A stretch of DNA of 64,000 nt. It comes from Felis catus. Its lineage: Eukaryota. The stretch spans positions 172,362,001 through 172,426,000 of the forward strand of contig NC_058368.1 in the NCBI RefSeq assembly GCF_018350175.1. The letters run 5' to 3'. A program made the position numbers and the translations under genes. The notes beneath the pieces were generated by a model. That model was given only the letters and a program-made list of their open reading frames with translations. It made no database searches and was not told the origin of the DNA. Shown here in pieces: positions 13,537-26,382 of the stretch (position 1 is the stretch's first letter; the number at the start of each line of letters is the position of its first letter).

Positions 13537-14680
13537 CATTCATTCTGTTAGTATCTTTGGGTGTCACGTACCCAGCAGCACTGCACCAGCTGCCGGGAAA
13601 ACAAGCCCCTGCCCTTGCAACTTGTACTTTAGTCAGGGGACAATAAAGAAACATTTTAGGTTTTTTTAGATTTATACGTATATATTTGTTCATATTATAA
13701 ATGTATTCATAAATACACTTAATAGAAAATATGAATGTAAGTAAATAAAAACATGTATGTAAACAAGTTATAAACATTAAAAACTCAGATGGTGCTAGGA
13801 ATGCAGGAATGGAGGCATAGGGAGCATGTTTACAGGCTGATCCAAAAGGCCTCATTGATAAGGTGGTATTTGAGCAGAGACCTGAAAGAAGCGAGGGAAC
13901 AAATCATGTGGCTATGTGGGTAAGTGTGGCCCCAGGAGAGAAGCTGTCAGCATGCCAGAGGGACAGCAAGGCACCCAATGTGTCTGGAGCAGGGAGAACG
14001 AGGGGGAAATTATAGGTGGTGGTGGCGGCAGATGACCACATAGGGCCTTATGGCTCACTTTTAGGACTTTCAGCCTTTATACTGAACGAATGGAAAAAGA
14101 GCGTTTGGGGCAGAGGAATACCATGAACTGACTCACTTTTTAAAAGGATCACTCAGCTGCTGTGGTGAAAACAGACTGTGGAAAGGCAAAGGAGGATTCA
14201 GAGAGACCAGTTACAAAAACAGACACACAGGGGACAGTGAGTTGGCTGTGTGTACACACACTACCTAGATTCCAGGGGAGCTTTGAAAGGCAGACACAAT
14301 AGGACCTGGAGGTATGAGAAAGAAGGCTCAAGGCAAACCCCAACATTTCCAGCGTGAGCAAATGGAAGGACTGGGTCCCCATCTATACCCATGGGACAGA
14401 CTGTGTGAAGTGCAATTTGACTTCAGCATATTTATTTTGAGATGCCTCTTAGATACTCAATAAAGATGAGGAAGAGGCAGTTGGACACGGATCTAGAATT
14501 AGGAGAGAGGTGTGGGCTGGCAGTATGGACTTTGAAGTCCCTGTTTAGATCGTTTTACAGCCAGGAGATATGGCTTTAGGACACCTTAACGTGACGAGCT
14601 GGCGAAGGATGGAATGACCAGTCACAAAGCTCAAGAAGGGTGGCCAGTGGGGAGGGAGAAGGGCCCAAAGAAGCAGCGTT
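13537..14680 (-). mobile_element. L2 LINE remnant
   Basis: cattcattc start, atttgagcagagacctgaa, ttttaaaaggatcactc, gagatgcct...aggcagttgga motifs. Confidence 0.8.
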
Positions 14681-14883
14681 CTGGCCACACTATTACATGT
14701 GAACTAAAAGCCAATTTAAAATTGCAGAAACTGATAAAAAGACTGCTTATTCTTTTAGGGAGTGTACAGGTAAATACCTCGTGAGTATATACATAAGGGT
14801 GACATTGCAACTATGTATTTTTCTAAGTGCCTAATAATGTAAAACATTAGTGATTTCAATTTGTACACAGAGAAGCTGGTTTT

Positions 14884-15095
14884 TTTTTTTTTCAACGTTT
14901 ATTTATTTTTGGGACAGAGAGAGACAGAGCATGAACAGGGGAGGGGCAGAGAGAGAGGGAGACACAGAATCAGAAACAGGCTCCAGGCTCTGAGCCATCA
15001 GCCCAGAGCCCGACGCGGGGCTCGAACTCAGGGACCGCGAGATCGTGACCTGGCTGAAGTCGGACGCTTAACCGACTGCGCCACCCAGGCGCCCC
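14884..15095 (-). mobile_element. Young SINEC_Fc-type SINE
   Basis: Near-consensus. TSD agagaag(c/a)tggtttt. Confidence 0.97.
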
Positions 15096-15124
15096 AGAGA
15101 AGATGGTTTTAAAAAAAAGATGGA

Positions 15125-15321
15125 GGAGCACTGGGGTGGCTCAGTCAGCTGAGTGTCAGACTTCCGGTCTTAATCTCACAGTTCGTGAGTTCAAGCCCCA
15201 CATCAGGCTTTGTGCTTACAGTGTGGAGCCTGTTTCAGATTCTCTATCTCCCTCTCTCTCTCTGCCTCCCCCTCTCCGCCCCCCACTCATGCTCTCGCTC
15301 TCAAAAAAAATAATTAAACTT
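15125..15321 (+). mobile_element. Can-SINE
   Basis: TSD aaaaaaagatgga at 15112-15124 and 15322-15334. Confidence 0.95.
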
Positions 15322-16334
15322 AAAAAAAGATGGAAAATTCTCAAGTCAGCAAAACAGTACTTTTGAGGACCACAGGTCTGACTCTGCCTTTTCTAGTGCC
15401 CTCTATATTGGTGTGAACACAACACTCCATGCAGGGCTAAGCAGTAACCTAGAGAACTAGAGAACTTTTTGGAGTTACTATATTCGCTACATTTCTGATC
15501 CACGAGAATTCTTTCTGCTCATGTGTCATTGAAGGAGGAAAGTACATTGCCATCTTCATATCACCTCGATAATTCTCAGTCCGAGAAGATAAATAGTGGA
15601 TGCTAAAAATGGCCATTCAATCATTCAATTATCTAATCCTTTTTCCTACTAAATTAAAGTGGCGATAGGATTTTTTTTAATTGGTCTTGGATTTTAAAAC
15701 TTGCTTTCACCATTTAAAAATATCTTCATTAAAAATTCAACCTGAAGACACTTAAGGCAACGAACACGTCCATGTCCTTGAGAAATGACTTTGAGTCCAA
15801 TTTTAGATGACGCGGCAGGAGAACTTCCATCTCATGAACACAGAACACCACTGTAGTTTCAGAAACTCATCTATCTGATATCACAAATGTTAAGAGGGCC
15901 CTAATCAAATTCTTCTATGCGACACTGCACATCTTACTATTCCTTCTGGCACGGTGAATAGAAAGCTACAGTAATCTGACATTTCTTCCTTTTAGAGAGA
16001 ATAATTCACAATAATTTTTCACTTTGGCAAAATTGTGCCTCTGATCCAGTAAGAATTAAATAACTAGTCCATCCAAAGCAGAGAGAACATGCTAATGTAG
16101 CCTAATTTGGAAAAAGGTTTACTCTTCTTCCTCATTGGAAGCTACAAATTACTAACTTGCAGATAAAAAAAAAAAAAAAAGAATATTTGGTGCAACTAGC
16201 AAAGAACCCTGGTGTCCATTCCACCTCAGGTACATGAACCTGGCCATGTGACTGCATCTCCTCATTGTGGTTTCTCCCAACAAAAACTATAGTTGCCTTG
16301 ACTCTCTCTTCCAGCAGATGAGCCATATTACTTC

Positions 16335-16371
<37 letters not shown>

Positions 16372-16967
16372 ACCATTACCTTTCACCTCTGATTAGCAAG
16401 CTCCCATGTACTTCCTATACCTTGCAAGGAATTATTTCCCAATTCTGAAGAGATGAGCCCAACACATGCATTTTGCCAGCTACAGAAATTCCTTGGATAC
16501 TGCAATCAAAATTTTCAAGTCGTCATTCTGAAAAGCAAACCCTATTCTTCAAAACTCTTACCTAATTCCAGAAATGTTTCCTTGGGGCAGAAAAAATTTC
16601 AAGAACCCAGCCCTCAAACACTGGTGAAAATTGCAGAGATTAAGTCTTAGTTTTTAAAGGGAGTATTAAGGTACAGGAATGCTTTCCTATTTCAGTGTTT
16701 CTCACAAGTGTCACCACTTCTTCATAAGAGAAGTTTCCCAGTTTTAAAATTCTGTCACACTTCCAACTCTAATTTCATTTAAGAGCTTAGCTTGTATTGT
16801 ACTCTCACATATCACCAGTAAAGATGCTCCCACCTAAAAACGATCTTAGAGTGCAAATCCTTAAAAAAAATCATGCTTTTTCAGTTTTGTAAATGAGATA
16901 TTCTTAACCTGTTTACTTAAAATGAATGAAACCTATTATTAAGCCAGATCTCACCCGGAATATTCAC

Positions 16968-17106
16968 CTGACCACAGGACGTAGGTGAGGTTTCCTTCAT
17001 TTGTCATGGCGGTCTTCCACGTTTGCTTTCTCCGTATAACCAAATATGCTAAGGAGCTTTCTCATTAATCCTCCCCACTATAACACCTCCAGACTGGAAT
17101 TTTCTC
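16968..17106 (-). other. Candidate spliced 5' UTR/non-coding exon, 139 nt (152 nt with alternative donor at 16955)
   Basis: Acceptor tttcctttctag|GAGAAA. Donors CAG|GTGAAT and CGG|GTGAGA 13 nt apart. Purine-rich with retained CpGs. No frame is open from the acceptor; contains three ATGs. Confidence 0.55.
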
Positions 17107-18269
17107 CTAGAAAGGAAATGCTCACAAGTTTTCTTGACAGCTATGAAAAGTTACAAGTAGTGTGTCTAAGATTACCATGATTACCAATTTGCTGATGTGT
17201 AAAAGATATGGAATATTTGGATTGAATTTTGAAATAAAGAATATCATGGTTTTGATGATCCTCAATGCGTTTTGTGAGCTTTCATATTTATTTCAAGGCT
17301 ACTTCACATAGTTAGTGTTCCTTATAAACATCCAAATCATCATCTACTCTTTAGTACATACACTTCAACTGTTTATCTATACTAATCCCTAGTTTTTACT
17401 ATATCCAACAATTTATTACCTGAGACTAAGTTCTACAAAACTCTGACTTTGAACTTAACCCTTTGGGTTTAAGGGTTTAAGGCACTAAATACTGGATTCT
17501 TAAGCTACAAAATACAGTTACCAAGATAGTTTATCACCACTTCAAACACAAAGATTGCACACTAACTCTCATCTTACAGAAAACTCTTAACACACAAACA
17601 AAAATAAAGTTTACCACTTCTAAGGTTGGATTTTCTAAACTCCAGGGGAAAAACACCTAATAAGTGTGAAAACACCACTTATGCACATGAGGTAGGGAAA
17701 CAACATACTCAGAAACTTTTTTCAGATGTGAATACTTAACCCATATAATATAAAATAGCCATATAATATAAAATAACCATATCTCATCTCCCAGTGCTGG
17801 AAGATTGGGCCTCAGTGTGTAAATGAGAGCTTCAGTTAGTTGACTTCTGGAGTCACTCTAGCACACAATAGCGATATCTGTGTGAGTCAACACGTCCACA
17901 CTTTTGCCCACATCCATCAGCCTTTATGTCACCCCAAATGCTCCTTTTCCCTTCTTCTTCTGGAGTCACAGGCCCAAAAAGCTCCAAACAGCTAAGACCT
18001 GAGAAACTGTCAGTTTATTTTGCAGGTTTTCTTATTTTGGTTTCAAATTCAGATTAATGAGTAATCCTACACACATATATTCAGTATGTCAACACTTAAA
18101 CCTCTAACTCTTAAGAAAGGTACTTTGAAAATTGATTAAAGCAAGAAAGGACCAATTTGAACACTAAGAGAAATCTAGAATTGCAAATTAAGTATAATTA
18201 ATGTACGTTTTACATGAAGCAGAACTTTCATATAGATCTTCAGAAAAACGCAGACTCTTATCCGTGTGC

Positions 18270-18660
18270 AGAGTGCTTTAGGGGTTTGGGGCCCAACAAT
18301 CCAGGCTTCAAGCCCAGTTCTTCCACTTCCTGTATGACTTGGGGCAAGTTTCTTAACTTCTGTCTTCTCAACTATAAAATGTAGACCATTAAAACTATCT
18401 ACCCAGGAGCAGAACCAGGTTTTGAGAAGCTCAAGTTTATAGAGTTGAGTAGTTCTTTGCCAAGATGTATGACTGTATGAACCCATAGCTAGGCTCTTCC
18501 AGAACTTTGTAAGTGGCCATTCAAGTGAGGAATAGCCACATAGTAAATACACCTCTGTACCAACCACAGAAGCTTGTTATAGGGATTAAATAACACATGC
18601 AAAGTGCTTAGCAAAGCATCCAGCATGCAGTAAGTGCTGTGTAAACTTGATTATCACTAA
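18270..18660 (+). mobile_element. MIR split by a hAT insertion
   Basis: 5' half (ggcttcaagcccag...tgacttggggcaagtttcttaac...taaaatg) and 3' half (ttgttatagggattaaat...aaagtgcttagca...cagtaagtgct). Confidence 0.8.
18404..18557. mobile_element. MER53-like hAT MITE
   Basis: CAG...CTG termini with imperfect TIRs. 8-bp flanks tatctacc / taccaacc (6/8 match), the TSD length typical of hAT elements. Confidence 0.65.
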
Positions 18661-18717
18661 TATTAATGAAACAAAATTGAACAAGAGAGCAAATGGGTGG
18701 TAAAAGCCCATTCACTT

Positions 18718-18943
18718 TATTTTAAACTTTTTAAATTTTTGTTTTTAACATTTATTCATTTTTTAGACACAGAGCTCAAGCAGGGGTGGGACAGAGAGAG
18801 ACAGGAAGACACAGAATCCGAAGCAGGCTCCAGGCTCTGAGCTGTCAGTACAGAGCCCAACGCAGGGCTTGAACCCATGAACGGTGAGATCATGACCCGA
18901 GCCAAAGTCAGAGGCTTAACTGACTGAGCCACCCAGGCGTCCC
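18718..18943 (-). mobile_element. Can-SINE
   Basis: Full element in reverse orientation. Confidence 0.95.
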
Positions 18944-19331
18944 TATCTTGAACTATTAAAGCAAAGGGAAGAGGCTCCTTTGAAACAAATAGTTTGGAGG
19001 ACAGGTAGAATATTTATTTACACAAGTTCCCATAGGAGTTGTAAAGGCTGAATACCCATATTCAGGGAGGGGGAGGGGGAGTAACCAAAAGGGTTTTAAT
19101 GTTTCCCTTAAATATCTTAAATCATTAAACTTAGATCCCAAATTATCCCCAATGGCTCAAGACCAGGAAGTACCTCCAGTGATGAATTTAAGAAAAAGTG
19201 ACCAAAGTAATCATGCTACTGGCTCCAAACACAAATATGAATGCAATTAAGTCTCAACTGGTCATTCTCTGAGACTCCAGGTATTAAGTCTTATTATTCC
19301 AAGAGACTCTCCAGTGATTTAGAATAGGCTC

Positions 19332-19540
19332 GGGCACCTGGGTGGCTCAGTCGGTTAACTGTCCGACTTTGGCTCAGGTCATGATCTTGCAGTTTGTGGG
19401 TTTGAGCCCCAAGTCAGGCTCTGTGCTGACAGCTCAGAGCCTGGAGCCTGCTTTGGATTTTATCTCCCTCTCTCTCTCTGCCCCTCTCCCACTCATGCTC
19501 TGTCTCTCTCGTACTCTCAAAAATAATAAATAAATAAACA
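19332..19540 (+). mobile_element. Can-SINE with 12-bp TSD
   Basis: TSD tagaataggctc at 19320-19331 and 19541-19552. Confidence 0.96.
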
Positions 19541-22339
19541 TAGAATAGGCTCAAAATTCTCACTTCTCTGTGGTTTAGAGTTTTGAGGTGATGCTAACTT
19601 GCATGTGTGTGCATTCTCTTTTCCCTCCCTCGAGTGTCCTCCCTTCCCCCATTCCACATCTGTCAGTTTGGGGTAGAAAGTGGCATTTCATTTACCATTA
19701 AATCAACATTTTGAGAATTAGACCCAAATCCATCCCAAGTCACCTAAGATATATTTAGCTGCCCCAAATCCCTAGATTACAAATAATATTCAATCTTAAC
19801 TACTATGAAATGTGTCACACTAACAGATGGCCTGAGAGGACCTTGATTGTCAGAACCAATTCTGCTTATCTGATCCTCCCCTGCTCCCAAACAGAAAAGA
19901 ATTCACAGAATGGGGAGACCCTGTGGAAAAAAAGAATAGAGAGACAAAGGTATATATACTACAGAATAAATTCTTCCACATTCTACCATTAAGAGTAGGG
20001 GGAAATGTTCTGAGCCACTTGGCACAACAGTGTGATGCTAACATACAGTGTAAATATAAAGAACCATTCTTACTAGCATTGAAAAGAATAATAGGCACTG
20101 AATATTTGTTGACTGACTGAACTTAGTGGTGCTGACCCACTTTCAGGAACATTTTGATACTTCGTGAAAATGAAATTGCCTCATCATTGCTTTGATGAGG
20201 AAAGACATTTAAACATGTGAAGAAACCTATCACACAATATACTGCCAGAATACTGAAAATTACTTTTAAATAAAGCTGCTACTTTGATCCATGGTCACTT
20301 TCAACAGCGAACATACATGAGATCAACTCTTCACATTGACTCACATTACCAGAAAAAGTCCAAGGTCTCATACAAATATAGGTTTGGATAAAATCAAGTG
20401 TTATGAACCTGCCAAGAAAGGAAGGCCTCTGAGAGCAACATTTCAGTAATAAAATGCAAGTAAGCTTACCAATTTCCTCCTTTGTGAAATGTGACTAGAA
20501 GCAGGGAGTCTGCACCAGATCAGAGTAGAGGAACAAACTGTAAGACCGTGTTATGCTTTAGGATGCCAGAGCAGGTCCCCCTAGATAGGCTTTCTACAAT
20601 ACCAAATCCCTGAAGAAGAGGTCTCTATCTCTACCCATAGTTTTCAGTTTTCCTTCAAAAAGATAGAAAAGTAGAAAGCAACACTGAGTACAAATATTAT
20701 ATATAGAAAACAACCAGTTAAAATAGTACTCTTCTTCCCACCCATTTCCTCAAGGAAACTCACCGCCCCACCCAGCCTCATACATAATACTATACTACTT
20801 CACGGATCCCGGATATGCAGGCTCCAAATAAAACCTAAGCTGCTAAAAGCAGCTACAGGTTTCTCACAGAATAACAAACTCTTGGGTTCTAGCAATTCAG
20901 CCCAAAGATACATGAAAGAGACAAATGTCTGAAGAAAAGGAGACAAAACCAGGGTCCTGATCCATTAGTCAGGAGTCTTGAGCTCCCGGCCACAGATTTA
21001 GGCAGTAACTTCAGTCTTCTTTCTAACTTTCAGCCACCTTCCCAACAATACTCCTAAAAGGTTCCCTTGAACTTCTGCTTCTCCCAGGCTGTGCCTGATA
21101 GATTTTCTACAACTTTAGGGATGAGATGACTCTGCTCAAGGAGCTGCCCAACATGAAAGGTGCCATATAAATTCTAGACTGTTCCACAATGAAAATGGGC
21201 TTGATTTAAAAATATATCAATACAGGCAACAACACAAAACTCCTATCTTTTCACTTCACATCTTGGGTTCTCCAAAAGTTTCATTTCAGTAGACAAGAAA
21301 AATGAATCATAGAAAAATTTTCCTCTGAGTAAAAACATCAGCTTCCTTATTAACTTAGATGCCAATAGCCAAACATACACATACCACAGTCTTTCCCAAA
21401 AGAAATTCCCAAATAAAATTTAATCTGATTCGGGTGCAAGTAGATTAGTTTCTTTAACCCACTTAATATGAGAAAAGTAAATGAGCCACAGATAAAAAGT
21501 ATATTTAAATGGAATTTAGCACTTGAGAGTTAAGAAGATCCAATTATACTTAGAGAAGTGGGGGAGAGGGGTTATAATAAAATCAGATGCTGACTTAACT
21601 GTCATGCCACTGGAGGGCAGAGTGCCTGGGAAACACTCTCCTGATCCCCATCCCTTCCGTGATAGAACCATACAAGGAGATTTAGAGCTTGGAAAAGCAC
21701 ATCTTCACTACAGAGGTAAGGAAGTTACTTTGGGTATGATTTCTACTATAGAGATTCCATTTTGATTAAAAAAACAAAAAACATAACAACTTTTAGAACT
21801 TACATTTCTCCAGAAAACAAAACCATTTTGAGGGGACATCCTTTTAACTTCATTATATCCAGCTCTACAGCTCCAACTCTACAGAAGCAGAAATAGCTAG
21901 AATCTGAACATTCTGCTTACTTGGCCTAATTTTGAGAACCGCAGCATTTTGTCAGGGTCTGCCATACCTCTTGGGAGTTCAGAAGACCAAGGCAGCATTA
22001 GTGATGCTCCTGCTATCACATCCCTGGTTTCCCAACCTAAGTAGTCCAGATTCCCCATGTTCACGTCAGACCCTCGAGTGCCTCAAAGGTGGAAATCTTG
22101 TAATAGGGCAAGATGCTGGATGTAGTATCCCATTCTCAGGTTTTCTCTGATTCTCTGATTCTGATTCTCTGAACTAAGCCATGTTCCTAAGAACACACAA
22201 GATGGCAGTTAGTAAGTGAGTACACATGACTTTAGGTTTGAAATGACATCACTACATTTATTGCATAAACCCAGAAGGATACTGATAATCTGGAATGCAA
22301 ATTTCAACAAATCCTAGAAATGCTGGTGGCAGACTTATC

Positions 22340-22455
22340 AGATGCTAGCTACATTTGTGGTCAACATAGCATAACCTATAGAGTTGTCTAATTATTATGT
22401 TGTACACCTGAAACTAACGTAACATTGTGTGTTCACTATACTTCAATAAAAAAAT
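22340..22455 (+). mobile_element. Severely 5'-truncated L1 (3' terminus)
   Basis: tgttgtacacctgaaactaa...tatacttcaataaaaaaa; same terminus as the L1 at 27075-27130. Confidence 0.8.
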
Positions 22456-22702
22456 CAAACCACAAAGGAGAGAGAGACAGAGACAGAGAGCAAAGAAATT
22501 AGAGCCTCAAGTTAAGTTGCATTCACTCTGACGGCTTTTTAAAAATTGGGGAGGATGGTTAAAAAGAGCTCCTCATGTACTAAAAAGCCCTCGTGGTATT
22601 CAATAAATACTTGCTAATTGACTGAACTTGTCTGTTCAAAGAGAAGTTGGAAATGTATATGCCTTCAGGGAACAAATCTTGGTATATACAATTCACTAAG
22701 CA

Positions 22703-22706
<4 letters not shown>

Positions 22707-22735
<29 letters not shown>

Positions 22736-22904
22736 GAGAGAAAGAGCGTGCATGTGCATGCATGAGTGGGAGAGGGACAGGGAAAGAGAGAATCTTAAGC
22801 AGACTCCATGCTCAGTGCAGAGCCCGATCCCATGACCCTGGGATCATGACCTGAGCCAAAATCAAGAGTCAGACACTCAACTGACTGAGACACTCAGGCA
22901 CCCC
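22707..22904 (-). mobile_element. Older Can-SINE
   Basis: T29 tail; aatcaagagtc...ctcaggcacccc head. Confidence 0.92.
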
Positions 22905-24029
22905 TTGCTTCTTGATAGTAACCACAAAATACAGTTTATATTTAAGTTAAATATTTAATTGGTATAAATATATTACTGAGATCACAGAGGTGAAAATGTC
23001 TATTTTATTTCTATTTTTTAATGGGTACAGTTTTGGCCATTATGTTTCAACTCAGAAATTTGAGTTTCATAGCTCAAAGATACTTTGTGATTTAGGGATT
23101 TTCACTGACATCATGCACCACATTATGGGGAAATAACCGGGCATGCTCCACGGAAAGCAACTGCCACCTGCTTCTACAGCTCATTTATCTTAATGTTCTT
23201 ACAATATTTTTCTGGAGAAACCCAATAATAAAATTGCAAACTAGGAAAACTGGTGCCTCTAGGATTAAGAGGTCATAAAACTATCTAATCTTATTTATGC
23301 CAAGAAAAATCCAAGTAAAGTTCAAATCTACAGAAGAGTCATTTACTTTAAAATGACAGCTGTCCACCAAGGAGCCGGAGAGGAAAACCCAGAGACTTCA
23401 GATCTCAAACAAGTAAGAGAATAAGAACCAGTTGTATTTTAGAGAAAAAACGGCATATGCATGGGCTACAAGAAAGACTGTGTTTGAAAAATAAAACCAG
23501 GCTTCCTCACGGATTGGTCTCAGCTCTATCGTAATTTCTAACTGATTCTGAAATTTCTAAGGTTCTCAAAGCAAAACACAGACAGGGGTTTTGATGTGTG
23601 TTGGCTGGATGCAAAATATTGCTGGTGATTTAATTTCTTCTAAGGCAAGAGCAGTGAAAAACAATCTGGGTCATCTCATGCTTGAAGTTACCCAAATTGA
23701 ATTATTTTTCAGCAACAGCAGAAAAATAATTTCCATGAATTGAGTATGGTGGGGAGAAGGAAAGCAAAAACCAAAGGAGGAATTCAGAGAAGGAAGGAAG
23801 TGTGCCTCATGGATTTTCCCTCCTTCAATAATAATGGAGAGTACAGATATTTCTGGCTATTAGACTAGTACCAGACAGACATCAAGAATGCAGCCATATT
23901 TGGTTTCTCACATGGCCTAAGTAGCAGCCACACCAACAACACACACTCAGCCTTACAGTCACTTAAATTCAGTAAGGAGGTATTGCAAGAATTACAAAGC
24001 TTTGGGGTTAGGGGCACCTGGGCAGTTTA

Positions 24030-24246
24030 AATTTTTTTTTTTTCAACGTTTATTTATTTTTGGGACAGAGAGAGACAGAGCATGAACAGGCGAGGGGCAG
24101 AGAGAGAGGGAGGCACAGAATCGGAAACAGGCTCCAGGCTCTGAGCCATCAGCCCAGAGCCCGACGCGGGGCTCGAACTCACGGACCGCGAGATCGTGAC
24201 CTGGCTGAAGTCAAACGCTTAACCGACTGCGCCACCCAGGCGCCCC
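24030..24246 (-). mobile_element. Young SINEC_Fc-type SINE
   Basis: TSD acctgggcagttta at 24016-24029 and 24248-24261. Confidence 0.97.
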
Positions 24247-24615
24247 TACCTGGGCAGTTTAGAATACAAAATGTAGTAAGACATTAACATACCTTACCAT
24301 CCCTATCACTACCTATAGATGTACACATCTTAAATCAGGCTGATGCATTTTTGGCACTTTTAGAATGGCAATAACATTCAGAAATTCTTTTTCTGTTTTG
24401 TAAACAAAGCGATTTTATCACTGGAAACTGAGAAGAAAAAAAGCCACCTACACTATCACTATCTACAACTAATTGTTAATATTTTGGGCTTGTTTTTTTT
24501 CCCCTATTTTCCTATTTGGCAGTTAAACATGGTAACACACAAGAAACAAAGTCTTGCATTTTATTCTCTCTTCTCAAGAAACTCTTCACTGAAGCTGTTA
24601 AAACAAAACAACCCA

Positions 24616-24826
24616 GGGGAGCCTGGGTGTCTCAGTAGGTTGAGTATCTGACTTCAGCTCAGGTCATGATCTCGCAGTCCATGAGTTCGAGCCCTGCATC
24701 GGGCTCTGTGCTGACAACTTGGAGCCTGAAGGCTGCTTCAGATTCTGTGTCTCCCTCTCTCTCTGCTTCTCCCCTGCTCACACTCTGTCTCTCTCTCAAA
24801 ATAAAAAATAAACATTTTTTAAAAAA
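24616..24826 (+). mobile_element. Can-SINE
   Basis: Head, CT tract, A-tail. Confidence 0.95.
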
Positions 24827-24925
24827 CCAGTAATTTAAGCTAAAACAAATTTTGCTCATAGATTTCTCCCAATTTTAAGTTTTTGTGGTGGTGGTGGTGT
24901 TTTTACTCCAAAAACAAAGGCTGTT

Positions 24926-25135
24926 GGGGAGCCTGGTTGGCTCAGCCGGTTAAGCATGCGACTCTGGATTTCGGCTCAGGTCTTGATCTCACAGTTCGTG
25001 AGATCTGTTCGGGCTCTGTGCTGACAGTGTGAAGCCTGCTGGGGATTCTCTCTTCCTCCCTCTATGCCCCTCCCTCATTCATGCTCTCTGTCTCTCCCAA
25101 AATAAATAAATCTTTAAAAAAAAAAAAAAAAAAAA
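24926..25135 (+). mobile_element. Can-SINE
   Basis: TSD aaaggctgtt; long A-tail. Confidence 0.95.
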
Positions 25136-26347
25136 AAAGGCTGTTAAATCTGAGTTAAAAGTATAGACAAAGAGCCAGGAGATTAGGGAAAAAGCCCGTC
25201 AACACCTTGAAGAACTCAGGGGCTTTGTGTTTGTGCTCCTACACTCCAAGGGGAGGGAGTGAGGATGCTTACATCTCATCCTTACTACAGTTTACCTCAT
25301 AGTCTCAAGGTGATACAACATGGCAGCAGGGAAATACTTGGGGCATCAAATGTATAACAAAGTTACAGCTCCCATTTTTGCAAAAGTGGTTGTTTGCAAC
25401 TTAAAACACATTGTCCAAGAGCCCCCAAATAAATCCACATCTATATGGTCAATTAATCTATGATAAAGGAGGCAAGAACATACAATGGGAAAAAGACAAG
25501 TCATTTCAGTAAATGGTGCTGGGGAAACTGGACAACTACATGCAGTGAAACTGGACCACTTTCTTACACCAAATACAAAAGTAAACTCAAAATGGATTAG
25601 AGACCTAAATGTGAGACCTGAAACCATAAAATTCTTAAAAGAAAACCTAGGCAATAGTATCTTGGACACTGTCCTTAGTAACACATTTAAGAATATGTCT
25701 CCTGAGGCAAGGGAAAACAAAAGCAAAATAAACTATTGGGACCAAAATAAAAAGCTTGTGCACAATGAAGGAAACCATCAACAAAACTAAAAGGCAACCT
25801 ACTAAATGGGAGATGATGTTTGCAAGTGACATTATCTGATAAGAGTTAAATATCCAAAATATACAAAGAATGATACAATTCAACACCAGAAAAAAATAAT
25901 AATTTGATTAAAAAATAGGCAGAGAATTTGAACACTTTTCCAAAAAAAGCAGATGGCCATCAGACATATGAAAAAATGCTTAACGTCAGTCATCATCAGG
26001 GAAATGCAAATCAAACCCACGATATCACCTTCACCTGTCAGAATGCTAATATTGAAAAGAAACAAGTGTTGGCAAGGATGTGGAGAAAAAGGAACCCCTG
26101 AGTGCTGTTAGGACTGTATACCTGGTCCAACCACTGTAGAAAACAGTATGGAGGATTCTCAAAAAATTAAAAATAGAACTACCATCTGATCCAGCAATTC
26201 CACTACTCAATATTTACCCAAAGAAAACAAAAACACTAATTTGAAAAGATGTGTGCATGTATTGTTTACTGCAGCATCATTTATAATAGCCAACATATGG
26301 AAGCTGCCTAAATGTCCCTCAATAGATGAATGGATAAAGAAGATGTG

Positions 26348-26382
26348 GTATGTGCATATACATGCGTGCGTGCGCGCGCGCG

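Noticed and set aside
17741..17782. 18-bp tandem repeat (2.3 copies); likewise a 22-bp direct repeat at 39157-39205
   Set aside because: Ordinary local slippage duplications with no further structure.
20466..20540. Possible minus-strand mini-exon ending TTG|GTAAGC; similar donor-like sites near 20762 and 63380
   Set aside because: Good donor but ambiguous or weak acceptor; such sites are common by chance.
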